This document shows positions 9,670 through 20,019 of a stretch of 64,000 nt of DNA, piece after piece; position 1 is the first letter of the stretch, and every line of letters starts with the position of its first letter. The notes beneath the pieces are model-generated. The model saw only the letters and a program-made list of their open reading frames with translations. It made no database searches and was not told the DNA's origin. Where the stretch lies: positions 124,001-188,000 of IMG/VR virus record IMGVR_UViG_3300048121_001678; one strand, written 5' to 3'. The translations under genes were made by a program, and so were the position numbers.

Positions 9670-11508
9670 TTACTTGTAGTCCACGTTTTTAAGGTTTTTA
9701 ACCCTAACTTTGATATCTTTTTCTGGAAACCTAACTTGATAAATTTGAGATGGTTCTGCAAATATTGTCTCATCAATTAACGCAATTTCTCTTGTTTTTG
9801 GGTCAGAATATCTTTGAGAGGTTTCAGAAGAGGAGTATTGACCACCTACCTTATTAAAAACTTTTAAATCGGTCACAGATATCACACCCGCAACATCTTG
9901 TATGTTTTTCTTAACCTCAGATATAAACACGTTCTCACCCATCGTACTATTAATTGGTGACATGATACTTGTTACCTCATCAATTATTTTTGTGATTACA
10001 TTACCTTGGTTTTGACCCGAATCAATAACAACAGAAATATCGTACTCTAAATCAATCACTAAACCAACATTTACAGATATATAATCATTTATCATTCTAT
10101 ATTTTGAAAGGTAGTTAGCAATATTTTGTTTTAATGTATTAGACACTGTCTGTGTTAAACTTCCATTTGAATCGTATGATAAAACATTAATATTAATTTT
10201 ATTATCTTTTTCAGTGATTGCTGTTTTAGCAGGTGCACCGTATTTTCCTGGCATTTTTCTAATTAATGCATTATAATCATTAATTGTAACGGCCCTATTT
10301 TGAGAAGCATAATTAAATGTTACCATATTTCTAACCTCTTCAATAGATGGTTGGTTAGCACCACCAATAGCAGCAGTGACATTGTTAACCGTTAATGAGT
10401 TAGTTACCGTTTGATTAATAGTGTTAGAGGGACCACTCACAAAGAAGTTTACCGTACCTACTTGATTAATCGCATTAACACCAATATTCGATTGTGCACC
10501 TCCACCAACTCTATATTTAACAAATAAAGTTGTGTTAGCAGTAACTGTCCTACCTAACCCAATATTGTTTTGATATTCTTGTATTCTTAATGATACCCCG
10601 TTTCTAGCAAACTCAGCTAATTGGTCATCAGGTGTTGTTGTACCTCCACCAAACTGTACTTTCATAAAACCCTGTGGTGTATATTCTGTTATAAACCTTG
10701 TTTCGGTATCTATGTATTTACCAACCTTTAATCCCGGTAAGTCAGAAGGTTTTGTTGTGTCCTCAATGAAAACAGTACTCTCAGCCAATGAGTCCACTTC
10801 ATACCACTTATCTTGAGCATTAACAAATTCTGAATACGTTGGTGTGGATTGGAAGGATGTCCCATCTTTTTGTATGATGTCCACAACCTCTAAAACGTTT
10901 TGTTCAGGTAAGAAAAACTCGTAAAATGGTTTAACATCATTAGGGTTAACCGTTTTCTTAAAAACTTTTGTTATACCATTAACAACAACCTCTCTTTTAG
11001 TGATAGTGTAGTTTATTAATACATTGTTAGAATCAAAGTTAGGTATCTTAGTTCTATTAGGAAAACCCTCGTTGTTATATTGAGAGGCGAAATCAATGTC
11101 GTAAACATTTTCAAATACTTGACCTGCACCAATAACTTGAGAACCGGCTCTTAAGATACCTAAATATCTTGTATCTTCTTGGTCACCAGATGCTGGTACC
11201 ACAATAGAAAAATCAACAATACCTACTGAAGGTCTATTACCAGGTATTTTTAAACCGTAAGTTCTGGCGATGTTAAAAATAGATGAACGTTGTTGAGCAT
11301 ATTGTAAAACAGTTTCTTGAACACTTCTATCAATATGATAGTTTAGATTATCACCAATGGCAGCATTTAGGTCCATCAATACTGAATAAACCGCAGCGTC
11401 ATTAAAGTTATCTATCAATTCAGGATAATATTGTTTAGTGTAGTTTACTAAATCTTGTCTTAGTCCTTCAAAGTCTCTTTCTGTATATGAAATCTTTTTA
11501 CTTGCCAT
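9670..11508 (-). CDS. Baseplate wedge subunit (T4 gp6 / baseplate J-like)
   Basis: N-terminal RDFEGLRQDL...YYP..DFNDA; LNYHIDR...ETVLQYAQQRSSIFNIARTYGLK; YRVGGG; QNRAVTINDY; adjacent to the gp25-like gene. Confidence 0.85.
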   Translation of the reverse strand: MASKKISYTERDFEGLRQDLVNYTKQYYPELIDNFNDAAVYSVLMDLNAAIGDNLNYHIDRSVQETVLQYAQQRSSIFNIARTYGLKIPGNRPSVGIVDFSIVVPASGDQEDTRYLGILRAGSQVIGAGQVFENVYDIDFASQYNNEGFPNRTKIPNFDSNNVLINYTITKREVVVNGITKVFKKTVNPNDVKPFYEFFLPEQNVLEVVDIIQKDGTSFQSTPTYSEFVNAQDKWYEVDSLAESTVFIEDTTKPSDLPGLKVGKYIDTETRFITEYTPQGFMKVQFGGGTTTPDDQLAEFARNGVSLRIQEYQNNIGLGRTVTANTTLFVKYRVGGGAQSNIGVNAINQVGTVNFFVSGPSNTINQTVTNSLTVNNVTAAIGGANQPSIEEVRNMVTFNYASQNRAVTINDYNALIRKMPGKYGAPAKTAITEKDNKININVLSYDSNGSLTQTVSNTLKQNIANYLSKYRMINDYISVNVGLVIDLEYDISVVIDSGQNQGNVITKIIDEVTSIMSPINSTMGENVFISEVKKNIQDVAGVISVTDLKVFNKVGGQYSSSETSQRYSDPKTREIALIDETIFAEPSQIYQVRFPEKDIKVRVKNLKNVDYK

Positions 11509-11514
11509 ATATTA

Positions 11515-11979
11515 TTAAATATTTATAATTATGAAATCTTTAGATTGAAAAGTACTATCTGTGATTGTATAATCTATCCTTAATTTTGCTGTATACTCTT
11601 CGACACCCCTACCAGGTAATCTATATATCCCCCCAACACCTAATTTATCCATGTTTAATTCACCTTGAGACTCTAAGTCATCTAAATAAGGTGTAATTGT
11701 AATTTCATTAATTGTTAGGTTTGGTATATATTTTTCAACTGAATTTGTGATATCTGTTTTTATCCCTTCGAATGTTGTACCATCCATAGGTTCAAATATA
11801 AACTCATATATTCTAGTACCAAAGTCAGGTAAATAATACCTACTACCCTTTCTAGTTAGAATAAGATGTAACAAATCAGTCCTTATCTCCTCATCAGTTG
11901 TTTGAGAGAGTGAGACGTATTTTCCATCCCTACTATCTTGAAAAGGAAAATTAATACCATATGTTTTACCGTTTGCCAT
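11515..11979 (-). CDS. Baseplate wedge protein gp25-like
   Basis: GINFPF...LLHLILTRKGSRYYLPDFGTRIYEFIFEP is the GPW/gp25 signature. Confidence 0.9.
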   Translation of the reverse strand: MANGKTYGINFPFQDSRDGKYVSLSQTTDEEIRTDLLHLILTRKGSRYYLPDFGTRIYEFIFEPMDGTTFEGIKTDITNSVEKYIPNLTINEITITPYLDDLESQGELNMDKLGVGGIYRLPGRGVEEYTAKLRIDYTITDSTFQSKDFIIINI

Positions 11980-11983
11980 TATC

Positions 11984-11991
11984 TATAAATA
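11984..11991 (-). promoter_or_regulatory. Putative late promoter TATTTATA
   Basis: 4 nt upstream of the gp25-like ATG; recurring motif. Confidence 0.6.
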
Positions 11992-12010
11992 TCTTAACAC
12001 TATAAATTAT

Positions 12011-12038
12011 AAAAAAAAGAGGACCGAAGTCCTCTTTT
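12011..12038 (-). terminator. Intrinsic terminator with a cUUCGg loop
   Basis: Minus strand reads AAAAGAGGAC-TTCG-GTCCTC-TTTTTTTT, just after nrdA. Confidence 0.9.
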
Positions 12039-12065
12039 ATATTTATTGTATGTTAATTTTAACAA

Positions 12066-13772
12066 TTATCCCTCACATGCAACACATTGTAAATCATTCA
12101 GCCCTAACTTCTTTCTTGAGAAAGCTTGAGCGGAATTCATTGAGTGTTGGTAGTATAATGTTTTAACCCCTAATTTCCAAGAATCAATAAGAAGTTTGTT
12201 AACATCTTTTGTTGGCATATCAGGTGACACCATTAAATTTAACGACTGTGATTGGTCAATATATGTTTGACGTACTGCCGCTTGATTGATAATTGATGAT
12301 TGGTTAATTTCCGCAAAAGTTCTAAATACATCTTTTTGTTCATCATTTAAAAAATCTAAATGTTGTACTGAACCATCTGCCTGTTTAATACTATTCCACA
12401 CTTCTTTAGTATCCTTATCCATAGTTACTAATAACTCTTTAAGAACAGGATTCTTAATTGTGACTTTCATCTTAGCAACATCCTTTACATAACAATTAGA
12501 CCATATGGGTTCGATTGATTGTGAAACCTGTCCAAGAATAAACGCCGATGAGGTTGTGGGTGCAACTGCGTTAAGCGTTACATTTCTTCTCCCATACCCT
12601 TTTAAGTATTCAGGTTCCCCAAACATTTCAGCTAATTGCTCCGATGCTTTATATGACTTTTCTTTGATGTTTTTAAATACCTCAACATTCAGTCTTGCCG
12701 TTTCTCTTGTATCGAAAGCCAATCCTTTAGATTGAAGTAATGAGTGCCATCCTAATACACCTAATCCTAGTGCTCTTTGTCTTTTAGAGAAGTTATATGC
12801 TTTCTCTAAGTAGAAGAACGCTCTTTTACCCTCAATTGTTCCGTTGTCTCTTAACTCTTCAATTTTCGTCAATAATTCAGTAACTACAGCATCTAAGAAC
12901 ATAGTCATCACTTCAACAGCGTCTGTGTCTTTCCACTCATCATAATGAAGAACATTCATTGATGATAAAACACAAACAAATGATTCTTCCTCTGAATTGT
13001 GTAACGCAATCTCAGAACAAAGATTTGAATTATTAATTGTCGCTCCTTTGTCTTTATAAACGTCAACAGTACCATTGTTCATTGTGTCATGGAACATAAT
13101 ATATGGATACCCAATCTCACCTCTTCTTTGAATTACCTTAGCCCATATTGCTCTCTTATCTTGGTCACCAGCAATCATATCATTCATAAACTCATCAGTT
13201 ACTGTAACTGCGTGTGTTAAATCTTGGATAGGGAACCCTTCTGTACCTATTTCTAAGAACTCCATAATATCTGGATGTTCAACAGGTAGGTATGGTGAGA
13301 AACGACCTCTTCTAGTCGAACCTTGTGATATATTATCTACAACACTCTCAAAAAGATTCATAAAGTGTACTGCACCTGGTGCCAATCCGTTATCTGTGAT
13401 TTCAGCACCACGTCCTCGGATATTACCGAAGTAACCTGAAGTACCTCCACCCATTTTAGACATTTCACCAACCTCAGCTTGCGTATATAAAATTGATTCA
13501 ATATTATCACCAATATTAGAACCAAAACAACTTACAGGTAAACCTCTCTTTTTTCCGAAGTTTGCCCATACAGGTGATGATAGGGAATACCAACCCTTAC
13601 CCATATAGTCATAAAATTTATCAGCAAAACCTTCTATACCTAAAAGTTTTTCTGCGTGGTTAGCGATTGTTCTAATCCTTTCTAATGGTTCCTCTCCCTC
13701 ACTTAGATATCCTCTACGTAGGAAGGTAATTGATTCTTCATTAATCCAATCAAATGGTTTTTTATTATTCAT
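12066..13772 (-). CDS. nrdA: Class I ribonucleotide reductase alpha subunit, short form without ATP-cone
   Basis: PVSCF, SNLCSEI (catalytic N/C/E), APTTSS, KTLYY and the C-terminal CVAC redox pair; 568 aa. Confidence 0.95.
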   Translation of the reverse strand: MNNKKPFDWINEESITFLRRGYLSEGEEPLERIRTIANHAEKLLGIEGFADKFYDYMGKGWYSLSSPVWANFGKKRGLPVSCFGSNIGDNIESILYTQAEVGEMSKMGGGTSGYFGNIRGRGAEITDNGLAPGAVHFMNLFESVVDNISQGSTRRGRFSPYLPVEHPDIMEFLEIGTEGFPIQDLTHAVTVTDEFMNDMIAGDQDKRAIWAKVIQRRGEIGYPYIMFHDTMNNGTVDVYKDKGATINNSNLCSEIALHNSEEESFVCVLSSMNVLHYDEWKDTDAVEVMTMFLDAVVTELLTKIEELRDNGTIEGKRAFFYLEKAYNFSKRQRALGLGVLGWHSLLQSKGLAFDTRETARLNVEVFKNIKEKSYKASEQLAEMFGEPEYLKGYGRRNVTLNAVAPTTSSAFILGQVSQSIEPIWSNCYVKDVAKMKVTIKNPVLKELLVTMDKDTKEVWNSIKQADGSVQHLDFLNDEQKDVFRTFAEINQSSIINQAAVRQTYIDQSQSLNLMVSPDMPTKDVNKLLIDSWKLGVKTLYYQHSMNSAQAFSRKKLGLNDLQCVACEG

Positions 13773-13791
13773 TGTATTTTTAATTTTTTTG

Positions 13792-15054
13792 TTAAAATAA
13801 ATCGTTAGATGTAATTGATTTCGACTTCTTACTGTAGTTAATACTTCTCTTATTAAAGAAATCTGTGTGTTTTGTAGTTAATATCTCATCATCAAACCAC
13901 TCTGTAGTTTCCAACAAAGATTCGTTAACTTCGAAGATACCATCTACACCAATAGAGTTTAATGATACATTAAATCTATGTTTAATAAATTCCATAGTTT
14001 GGTTTTTAGTTAAGAAATCTAAATCTCCCTCCTCAAAAATCCATTCTACGATTTCTGACTCCGCCTCATATGCTTCCATAGTTGCAACAATTAAGTCTTC
14101 TTTTAGTTCGTCTGTCCACCAACTTGGGTTTTCATTTTTAATTAAGTTTACCAAATCAAAACCAAATCCAGCATGTATGTTTTCTTCTTTTGATGTCGCT
14201 TCAACAGCGTTACTAATACCTTTCAACATATTCTTATGTTTATTGAATGACATAATAACTAAAAATTGTGAGAATAGTGACACATTCTCTACGAACATTG
14301 AGAATAGAACAACCGATTCGAAGTATTCCTTGTCTTCAACTGCCTTTGAATTTGTAATTGCTTTCTCTAAATACTTAATTCTTTTACGAATAGCAGGTAC
14401 TTGTAAAAGTGTTTCAAACTCATTATTTAATCCCAACAATTGTACTAAATGTGAGTAAGCATCAGCATGTCTCACCTCTGACTCTGCAAAAGTAGCACCA
14501 ACGTTACCAATCTCTGGTTTTGGCATTCTTTTGTATATGTCACCCCAAAATGATTTAACAGCAACCTCAATTTGTGAAATCGCCAACATTGCTCTTTTAA
14601 CTGCAGTTCTTTCTTTTTTGTCGAGATTCACTTTAAAGTCCTGAATATCAGAAGTAAAATTAAATTCTGTATGTACCCAATATGAGTGTCTAATAGCGTC
14701 AACATACTCATTAAGATTAGGGTACTCGTAAGGTTTTAAGTTCGTTCTTTTTGTAAAGATATTCGGACCATTATCCTTACGGTAAATGATGTATTCTTTT
14801 GCAACGTCATTTAGACCGTTATCCATAAGTTTATTCTCTACCATATCGTGTATTTCATCAACGTGAGGAACTCTATCTGGTTCCCCTCTGAAAATCCCTT
14901 TTCTCGTTATTCTTGCAATTTTTTCAGCCATATCATCATCAATATTACCGACACTCTTCATTGCTTTTAATACCGCATATTTTATTTTTTCGGACTGAAA
15001 CTCTACTTTCTCCCCGCTTCTTTTAATCACATAATTAGTTTCTTTACTGTTCAT
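13792..15054 (-). CDS. nrdB: Ribonucleotide reductase beta subunit with N-terminal ATP-cone (class Id-like)
   Basis: ATP-cone VIKRSG...EKIKYAV...VDEIHDMVENKLM...VAKEYIIYR; ferritin-like ligands QIEVAVK, ESEVRHADAY, VENVSLF, KEENIH. Confidence 0.92.
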   Translation of the reverse strand: MNSKETNYVIKRSGEKVEFQSEKIKYAVLKAMKSVGNIDDDMAEKIARITRKGIFRGEPDRVPHVDEIHDMVENKLMDNGLNDVAKEYIIYRKDNGPNIFTKRTNLKPYEYPNLNEYVDAIRHSYWVHTEFNFTSDIQDFKVNLDKKERTAVKRAMLAISQIEVAVKSFWGDIYKRMPKPEIGNVGATFAESEVRHADAYSHLVQLLGLNNEFETLLQVPAIRKRIKYLEKAITNSKAVEDKEYFESVVLFSMFVENVSLFSQFLVIMSFNKHKNMLKGISNAVEATSKEENIHAGFGFDLVNLIKNENPSWWTDELKEDLIVATMEAYEAESEIVEWIFEEGDLDFLTKNQTMEFIKHRFNVSLNSIGVDGIFEVNESLLETTEWFDDEILTTKHTDFFNKRSINYSKKSKSITSNDLF

Positions 15055-15090
15055 ACTAGTAATTCTATTTTAGTTTATTTATATTTTATT

Positions 15091-16467
15091 TTAAATGTTC
15101 TCACGTTGCTTTCGCTTTTCCATGAGCTCCTTAATTCTATCCCTTTGTTTTTCTTCTTTCTGTTCTTCCAAACCTAAGAATGTCATACTTTGTTCAGTAT
15201 CAATTACCAACATTTCATTATCATACTTACAATTCTCAAACACAACACCATCTTTCCCGATACGAGACTTAGTGATTGCGATAGTTGCCAAGTTCATTTC
15301 TTTCTGTTGTAATGATTTAGCAACAGAAATGATTACGTGACCTACTTGAGCCTTCTTAATAGAACCACCCATTTGGTCTGTTGTTACAACTTCTGAAGAA
15401 ATCGATGAACGGTTACCTTGAGTTGCTGTCCATCCAACAATGTCCAATTCATGACACATCGCTTCAAACGCTCTCATTACTGAACCCTCACTCTTCCATT
15501 CATCACCTAAATTCTTATCAGGTGTAATACAATCAATATAATCTATAACTATCATATCAATCTTATTTCCTTCAGCAATCATCTTCCTAACTTGATTTTT
15601 TATCTGATTCATGGTCATCGTATCAGAAGGTAGTTTTTTCAAAGTTAAAGAGTTATTTGTGTTCTCCTTAATCTGTCTAACTTTCTCCATTACGTCATCC
15701 CTATGATTAGATAAATTATCAGGTGCAATTTCAGTCCATAGTGTGAAATGCTTACGTTGGATAATTTTCGGGTTATCCTCAAAGAAAATCTGTAACACAT
15801 TGTAACCCAAGTTAAATGCGTGATTCGACATCTTTGTTAGGAAAGTAGTTTTACCCACACCTGTTGGTGCCAATATAACACCGATTTCTCCCTTAGCTAA
15901 CCCACCTTTCATTAGATTATCAATACCTGGTACCCCCATCGGAATAGGGTGACGATAGTCATCGTCTAAAACCACATCTAAATTTGAGAACACATCTGCT
16001 GTTCCGGTATCAACTTCACCAACTTGTAACGCTTCTCTAACCATCTCTTCTAAATGGTCATACGATTCGAAATCACCCTTATCGATGATTTTCTGAGCCT
16101 TTGACATTACTTTCTGTAACTCTTGTTGTTTACAGAATTTAAGTGATTTTTCCTGTACGAAATCTGAACCTTCAATAGGTGAGTCTTTAACACTCTCTAT
16201 CATGTCAAAAACCATCTTCTGAGCCATAGGTGAACTAATTTCACTCTTCGTAAGTTGTTCCAATGTTGCAAATGTTGGAGTATGTTCGTACTTACTATAG
16301 TACTCCTTAATCATTTGCATTATGATTTTAAAATATTGATTATCAAAATACTTCGGGTCAATAACATCAACAATCGAATTGGCAAAATCCTTGTCAATAA
16401 CGATGTTGTTTATAAGTTGTATTTGAAATGAGTTACCTAAGTAACCGAAGTTTTTTTCTTTTGACAT
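15091..16467 (-). CDS. Replicative DNA helicase (DnaB / T4 gp41-like)
   Basis: Walker A APTGVGKTT, Walker B IVIDYID, WTATQGNR, KSRIG. Confidence 0.92.
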   Translation of the reverse strand: MSKEKNFGYLGNSFQIQLINNIVIDKDFANSIVDVIDPKYFDNQYFKIIMQMIKEYYSKYEHTPTFATLEQLTKSEISSPMAQKMVFDMIESVKDSPIEGSDFVQEKSLKFCKQQELQKVMSKAQKIIDKGDFESYDHLEEMVREALQVGEVDTGTADVFSNLDVVLDDDYRHPIPMGVPGIDNLMKGGLAKGEIGVILAPTGVGKTTFLTKMSNHAFNLGYNVLQIFFEDNPKIIQRKHFTLWTEIAPDNLSNHRDDVMEKVRQIKENTNNSLTLKKLPSDTMTMNQIKNQVRKMIAEGNKIDMIVIDYIDCITPDKNLGDEWKSEGSVMRAFEAMCHELDIVGWTATQGNRSSISSEVVTTDQMGGSIKKAQVGHVIISVAKSLQQKEMNLATIAITKSRIGKDGVVFENCKYDNEMLVIDTEQSMTFLGLEEQKEEKQRDRIKELMEKRKQRENI

Positions 16468-16504
16468 ATCAATTAATTTTCTTTAGGGTAAAATATAAAT
16501 ATGG

Positions 16505-16957
16505 TTATACTAAGCTATAATCCATGTACTCGTAAGTTAAATTTTCAGATGAGAAAATATCCGTTAGACCCCTAAGTACACTTTTTAGTTGCGGACGTAT
16601 GTCTACGGTGTATCTTATTTTAGGTGGGTATAATTTTCCGTTAAATACTCTATGACAAATTGTCTCATCACCAAGTCTAATTTTAATGTGGAAATTCTCT
16701 TCACCATCAGTATTTGAAGTGTCTAAGATTGCCGGGTCCAACGCAATTTGATTGTAGTGGTCTAACAAATACATGTTAGTTCTATCTTTCAAAATGTCGG
16801 TTAATTGACTCGTAAAATCATTAACAAATTCAAGTACATCAATACTCTTTCTTGCTTTAGGATTGTAACCTCTAACGTTGAAGTATCTTTGAACAACTAT
16901 GTTCTCATTCAACATCATTACAAACTCCATTTTTGTTACGTCATTTTTTTCTTTCAT
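16505..16957 (-). CDS. Hypothetical protein in the replication cassette
   Basis: 150 aa ORF packed tightly between the exonuclease and helicase genes. Confidence 0.7.
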   Translation of the reverse strand: MKEKNDVTKMEFVMMLNENIVVQRYFNVRGYNPKARKSIDVLEFVNDFTSQLTDILKDRTNMYLLDHYNQIALDPAILDTSNTDGEENFHIKIRLGDETICHRVFNGKLYPPKIRYTVDIRPQLKSVLRGLTDIFSSENLTYEYMDYSLV

Positions 16958-16961
16958 TTTT

Positions 16962-17969
16962 TTAAATTTTGTTTTTGTAACGTTTTTTTTCTTTTCTTGT
17001 TAGTTTCATAAAAGGTGTTATAAACTCTACCCAATTATCGTCTTTTTTGGGTAAATATTTGAAGATTCCATCACTCATCATCATTCTCATTAGATTCTGA
17101 TATCCTCTTCCTTCAGGGTCTAACTCTTCCGTATAGTAGAGTTCAACCATTTCCATACCTTCATTACTTATCATTGGTGAGGACAAATCTACAACTTTTT
17201 TGTTAATATCAAAGAATTCTTTTCCTAAAACCCCTCTTTTAGTTTTTCCTTCTTTGATACTTTGTAAAATCTTTCGATTATCTCCCTCCGATTGTAATTC
17301 TTTAGTACGTTGTATAATATCGTCAACAGATATGACATTGTCCAATATCTCAGGAAATATCTTAACAAATGTTTTCTCCCCTAATAAATAAATACCATCA
17401 ATATTGTCAGACTTATCACCTGACAAGATTTTAAATGTAGTAATATTATAGTGTGGTATTGAAATGTCTTTAAGGGGTATATTATCTCCTTCCTTATAGA
17501 CTCTTCTGTGGTTAGGTGAGTAAACCTCTACTTTGTCTGAGATAAGTTGTGTAAGGTCCTTATCTGATGAAAATATAGTTTTGTATTCATCATGAGATAT
17601 ATTACAATAGTGAGCAATTGCGTCATCAGACTCACACCCATCTATGGATACTTGTCTAATGAACATCTCTTCTAAATACTTCTTAACTCTCGACAACTGC
17701 CATTCAAATGAAATCTGTTGTTGTTCGTTAAGACTTCTTTTTCTATTTCTTTTGTATTGTTCGAGTATGTCTCTTCTCGAATTAGAATTATTCTCAGCAT
17801 CCCAAAATACAATTACTTTATCATAATTGTGGTCAACTAAGAATTTTTTCAATGTATTCACAAAGTGGAAAATACCACCAATATGGTTACCCTCATGGTA
17901 GAATTCCCTTACTCCGTGAAACCCAATTTTAAATAAGTTATTTCCGTCTACTAATAATGTTTTTGTCAA
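16962..17969 (-). CDS. 5'-3' exonuclease / flap endonuclease (T4 RNase H / PolI N-domain-like)
   Basis: LLVDGNNL, VFWD, YKRNR, ESDDAIA, SSDKDLTQL, GDKSDNIDGI. Confidence 0.93.
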   Translation of the reverse strand: MTKTLLVDGNNLFKIGFHGVREFYHEGNHIGGIFHFVNTLKKFLVDHNYDKVIVFWDAENNSNSRRDILEQYKRNRKRSLNEQQQISFEWQLSRVKKYLEEMFIRQVSIDGCESDDAIAHYCNISHDEYKTIFSSDKDLTQLISDKVEVYSPNHRRVYKEGDNIPLKDISIPHYNITTFKILSGDKSDNIDGIYLLGEKTFVKIFPEILDNVISVDDIIQRTKELQSEGDNRKILQSIKEGKTKRGVLGKEFFDINKKVVDLSSPMISNEGMEMVELYYTEELDPEGRGYQNLMRMMMSDGIFKYLPKKDDNWVEFITPFMKLTRKEKKRYKNKI

Positions 17970-17986
17970 AATACCTTTATTATAGG

Positions 17987-18988
17987 TTAGACTTCTTTTA
18001 CTTCTTCCAATTTGTAGTCACCATCAGTACCGATGACTTTTTTCCAATATTCCGCTTGTTCTCCTTTATATTGCTCAATAGACTTCTTTTCTTCAGTAGA
18101 TTCCTTACCAGCAAGGAAACCATGTGGTGTTACAATAATTTTACCGTCTTCATAACCTAATCCATTGATATGGTTTTTCATTACCGATATTTTTGTTCTT
18201 ACCGCAAACTTAACCTTTCTCTTGTCTTTAACCGCAGCAATCTTGTTGGTTCCCGCATTTTTCTGATTACCAAATAAAAACACTAAAGATGAGTTTAACC
18301 AAATTGCCTCACCACCCTTAGCTTTAATCTTTGGTTGACCAAATGGGTTGTCAGGTAATTCCACCCACGGTTGATTAACAATCAATAAGGTGTTTTCGTA
18401 TTTTGATGTCGCCTTACGTGAACCCGCAATTCTTTGGTTGATACCCATACCAATCTTATCCGCTAATGTTGCGGCATTGTGTTGTTTACCTCCCTTACCA
18501 TCAAAAGTCATCTTACAAGGGACAGAACCAACAGAGTCCCACAAGAATAGTAAGTCATATTCTAACTCACCTTTTTCTTGTGCATCTAATAGTTCGTTGA
18601 TATAGTCGGTAATTTGTTCGATATACTCGAAGTTGTTATTGAATAGGAAGAATCCATCCCAATCCAATTCACCTGTTTCTTCATCGACAACTTCCTCACA
18701 TTCGAAACCCATTGTTCTTGCATGGTCAAATGACCACTTTTGTTCAGTTATAATGAATACGGGTAACACTCCTTTATTTTGTGCATCAACAGCTGCCTTT
18801 ACAAGTGCCGTTGTCTTGCCTGTATCAGAATGACCTAAGAACATATTTAGATGACCAATAGCAGGACCTGGTACACCAACCGCATCTAAAAATGCTTCAC
18901 CCAAATCAAAGAACCTTTGTGGTTTATATTTTGCAGAAGTAGAATACTTCTTCTTCAGAGAACTGAAATCTGTTTTTTTAATTGCCAT
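17987..18988 (-). CDS. RecA/UvsX-like recombinase
   Basis: Walker A GHSDTGKTT, LWDSVG, IVNQ, KGGEAI, KNHING. Confidence 0.9.
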   Translation of the reverse strand: MAIKKTDFSSLKKKYSTSAKYKPQRFFDLGEAFLDAVGVPGPAIGHLNMFLGHSDTGKTTALVKAAVDAQNKGVLPVFIITEQKWSFDHARTMGFECEEVVDEETGELDWDGFFLFNNNFEYIEQITDYINELLDAQEKGELEYDLLFLWDSVGSVPCKMTFDGKGGKQHNAATLADKIGMGINQRIAGSRKATSKYENTLLIVNQPWVELPDNPFGQPKIKAKGGEAIWLNSSLVFLFGNQKNAGTNKIAAVKDKRKVKFAVRTKISVMKNHINGLGYEDGKIIVTPHGFLAGKESTEEKKSIEQYKGEQAEYWKKVIGTDGDYKLEEVKEV

Positions 18989-19005
18989 ATTTTTTTAGTG
19001 ATAAA

Positions 19006-19033
19006 GATGGTACCGATAAATATCGGTACCATC
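19006..19033. repeat. Perfect 13-bp inverted repeat (GATGGTACCGATA-AA-TATCGGTACCATC)
   Basis: Seen directly between the ssb and recA-like genes. Confidence 0.85.
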
Positions 19034-19046
19034 ATGTTAGTTTTAG

Positions 19047-19904
19047 TTAAAACGGTAAGTCCTCATCCACATCCATTTTAGATTGTGGGTCCTCAGTTTT
19101 TTCTGTTGTTGACTCAGTTGTAACACTACTTCCGAATGTTGTTTCAGTATTGTCACCGTATACGTATTTCTTAAGTTCTGTATCCCAAACAGGTGTCTCA
19201 CCTCTTGCGATTGCCTCTAAATACTCAACAGGTTTCTGTGCGTAAACATCTTGCCAAGTTAACTCATCTTCAACCCATTCCGTCATCTGACTCTTATCAG
19301 AGTGTATCGGTGCAGGGTCATCATACATAATAGTCTTAACTACTGTATATTCAATTCCTGAAGGTGTTTTTGCCTTAGACAAATCAACAATCAAGTCACG
19401 ACCTTCGTTAGCGTCAGTCACATCACCTTTTTGTCTCCAAATTGGAATGATTTTATCCAAGATACCCTCTTGTTTGTAATTATCTTTGAATCTCCAAAAC
19501 TTTGGTCCGTGGTCTTCATTCTCACGGTCAATAACCTTAACGATGTAGAATTTACGTGGACGGTACTGACGAGCCAATTCCTTATCTGAGTCTTTACCTG
19601 TTGACATCAATTCTTCGTAAACCTCAGTAAGTGGTGAACGCTCACCGTCATTTTTACCTGGGTCAAATAATTTAGTCCATTTACCGTCGATTTGAACTTC
19701 GTGATACCATACTTCTTTGAATGGTGATGAACCGTCTGGTGTTGGAAGGATACGAATAACCTTTTGTCCTGACTTAGTTCCTTTTGGGAGATACGTTGTA
19801 AAGTATCTTTTTAATCTGTCTTCTTGAGAGATTCTGTTACCTCCACCCGTGTTTTGGGTGTTCTTTTCATACTGCGATAACACAGCATCTAATGCATTTG
19901 CCAT
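19047..19904 (-). CDS. Single-stranded DNA-binding protein (T4 gp32-like)
   Basis: IRILP...PFKEVWYH; YIVKVIDR; GRDLIV; acidic tail ending DEDLPF; adjacent to the recombinase. Confidence 0.85.
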   Translation of the reverse strand: MANALDAVLSQYEKNTQNTGGGNRISQEDRLKRYFTTYLPKGTKSGQKVIRILPTPDGSSPFKEVWYHEVQIDGKWTKLFDPGKNDGERSPLTEVYEELMSTGKDSDKELARQYRPRKFYIVKVIDRENEDHGPKFWRFKDNYKQEGILDKIIPIWRQKGDVTDANEGRDLIVDLSKAKTPSGIEYTVVKTIMYDDPAPIHSDKSQMTEWVEDELTWQDVYAQKPVEYLEAIARGETPVWDTELKKYVYGDNTETTFGSSVTTESTTEKTEDPQSKMDVDEDLPF

Positions 19905-19954
19905 AATTTTTCTTTTTTTACTCTGTTAATTGTTTTCTCTTAAACTCAATAATA

Positions 19955-19982
19955 AAGATAGTAATTATGTCAATAAAGTCAA
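19955..19982 (-). promoter_or_regulatory. Sigma70-like promoter TTGACT-N16-TATCTT
   Basis: Upstream of ssb; same -35 hexamer as the other replication-gene promoters. Confidence 0.5.
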
Positions 19983-19993
19983 ACTCTATAAAC

Positions 19994-20019
19994 AAAAAAA
20001 ACCACTCTATTTGAGTGGT
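19994..20019 (-). terminator. Intrinsic terminator
   Basis: Minus strand ACCACTC-AAATA-GAGTGGT followed by a T run. Confidence 0.8.
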
